Source of the DNA: Chiloscyllium plagiosum
Taxonomy: Eukaryota
Assembly: GCF_004010195.1 (NCBI RefSeq)
Contig: NC_057749.1
Location: 11,451,540 to 11,515,539, forward strand
Direction of reading: 5' to 3'
DNA: 64,000 bases
In this document: one piece after another, positions 63,480 to 64,000 of the stretch
Numbering within the stretch: the first letter of the stretch is position 1
Layout of the letters: every line of letters starts with the position of its first letter
Made by a program: the position numbers and the translations under genes
The notes under the pieces: model-generated
Database searches by the model: none
Told to the model about the DNA's origin: nothing
Seen by the model: only the letters and a program-made list of their open reading frames with translations

Positions 63480-63788
63480 CATAGTCATGGAGATGTACAG
63501 CATGGAAACAGGCCCTCAGTGCAACTCCTCCATGCTAACCAGATATCCTAAACTAATCTAGTCCAATTTGCCACCACTTGGCCCATATCCCCCTCAATCC
63601 TTCCTATTCATATCCCCATCCAGATGCCTTTTAAATGTTGCAGTTGTACCAGCCTCCACCACTTCCTCTGGCAGCTCATTCTATACACATACCACCCTTT
63701 GCGTGGAAAAAGTTCCCCCTTAAGTCAGTGTTAAATCTACCCCTTCTCACCCTAAACCTATCCCCTCTTGTTCTGGACTCCCCCACTA
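63480..63788 (-). mobile_element. CR1 3' end fragment (an older plus-strand CR1 tail lies at ~63060-63275)
   Basis: High similarity to 61061-61370 and 51651-51960. Confidence 0.88.
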
Positions 63789-64000
63789 TTGATTTTAAAC
63801 TTGTCAACTGTTCACCAGATTAATTTGACATTAGCAACCTTCATAGTTCTCTACCTAAGGTTTTACTGAAATGCATAAAGTATATGGAATATGCTTGCTC
63901 CTCAGTCAACAGTTATTGCAAGTTTGGTAAAGAGCATTGCAAGAAATAACTGTCTTTGATTCCGTACAGACGAGTTAGCGTCACAATAGGTGATTCCAAC

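Overview
Eukaryotic, repeat-dominated window with no recognisable host protein-coding exon. HE1-type tRNA-derived SINEs and their CR1 partner LINEs point to an elasmobranch (shark) genome (inference). Contents: about 20 CR1 LINE copies or fragments (three near full length with an esterase ORF1), RTE, L2-like, Rex1/Babar and L1-clade LINE remnants, a decayed endogenous retrovirus (integrase, env, probable 3' LTR), a probable solo LTR, five HE1-like SINEs and many Penelope-like element (PLE) derivatives. The most notable signal is at least four families of PLE pseudo-LTR (pLTR) sequences carrying minimal type-I hammerhead ribozyme cores (CTGANGA-N-stem II-GAAA, palindromic stem III). Several occur as short asymmetric palindromic insertions with target-site duplications (TSDs), and one internally deleted PLE is bracketed by two intact hammerheads, like a retrozyme. 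Retroelements are strongly biased to the minus strand, suggesting an intron of a plus-strand gene. All family assignments come from motif recognition by eye, not database searches, and boundaries of old repeats are approximate.
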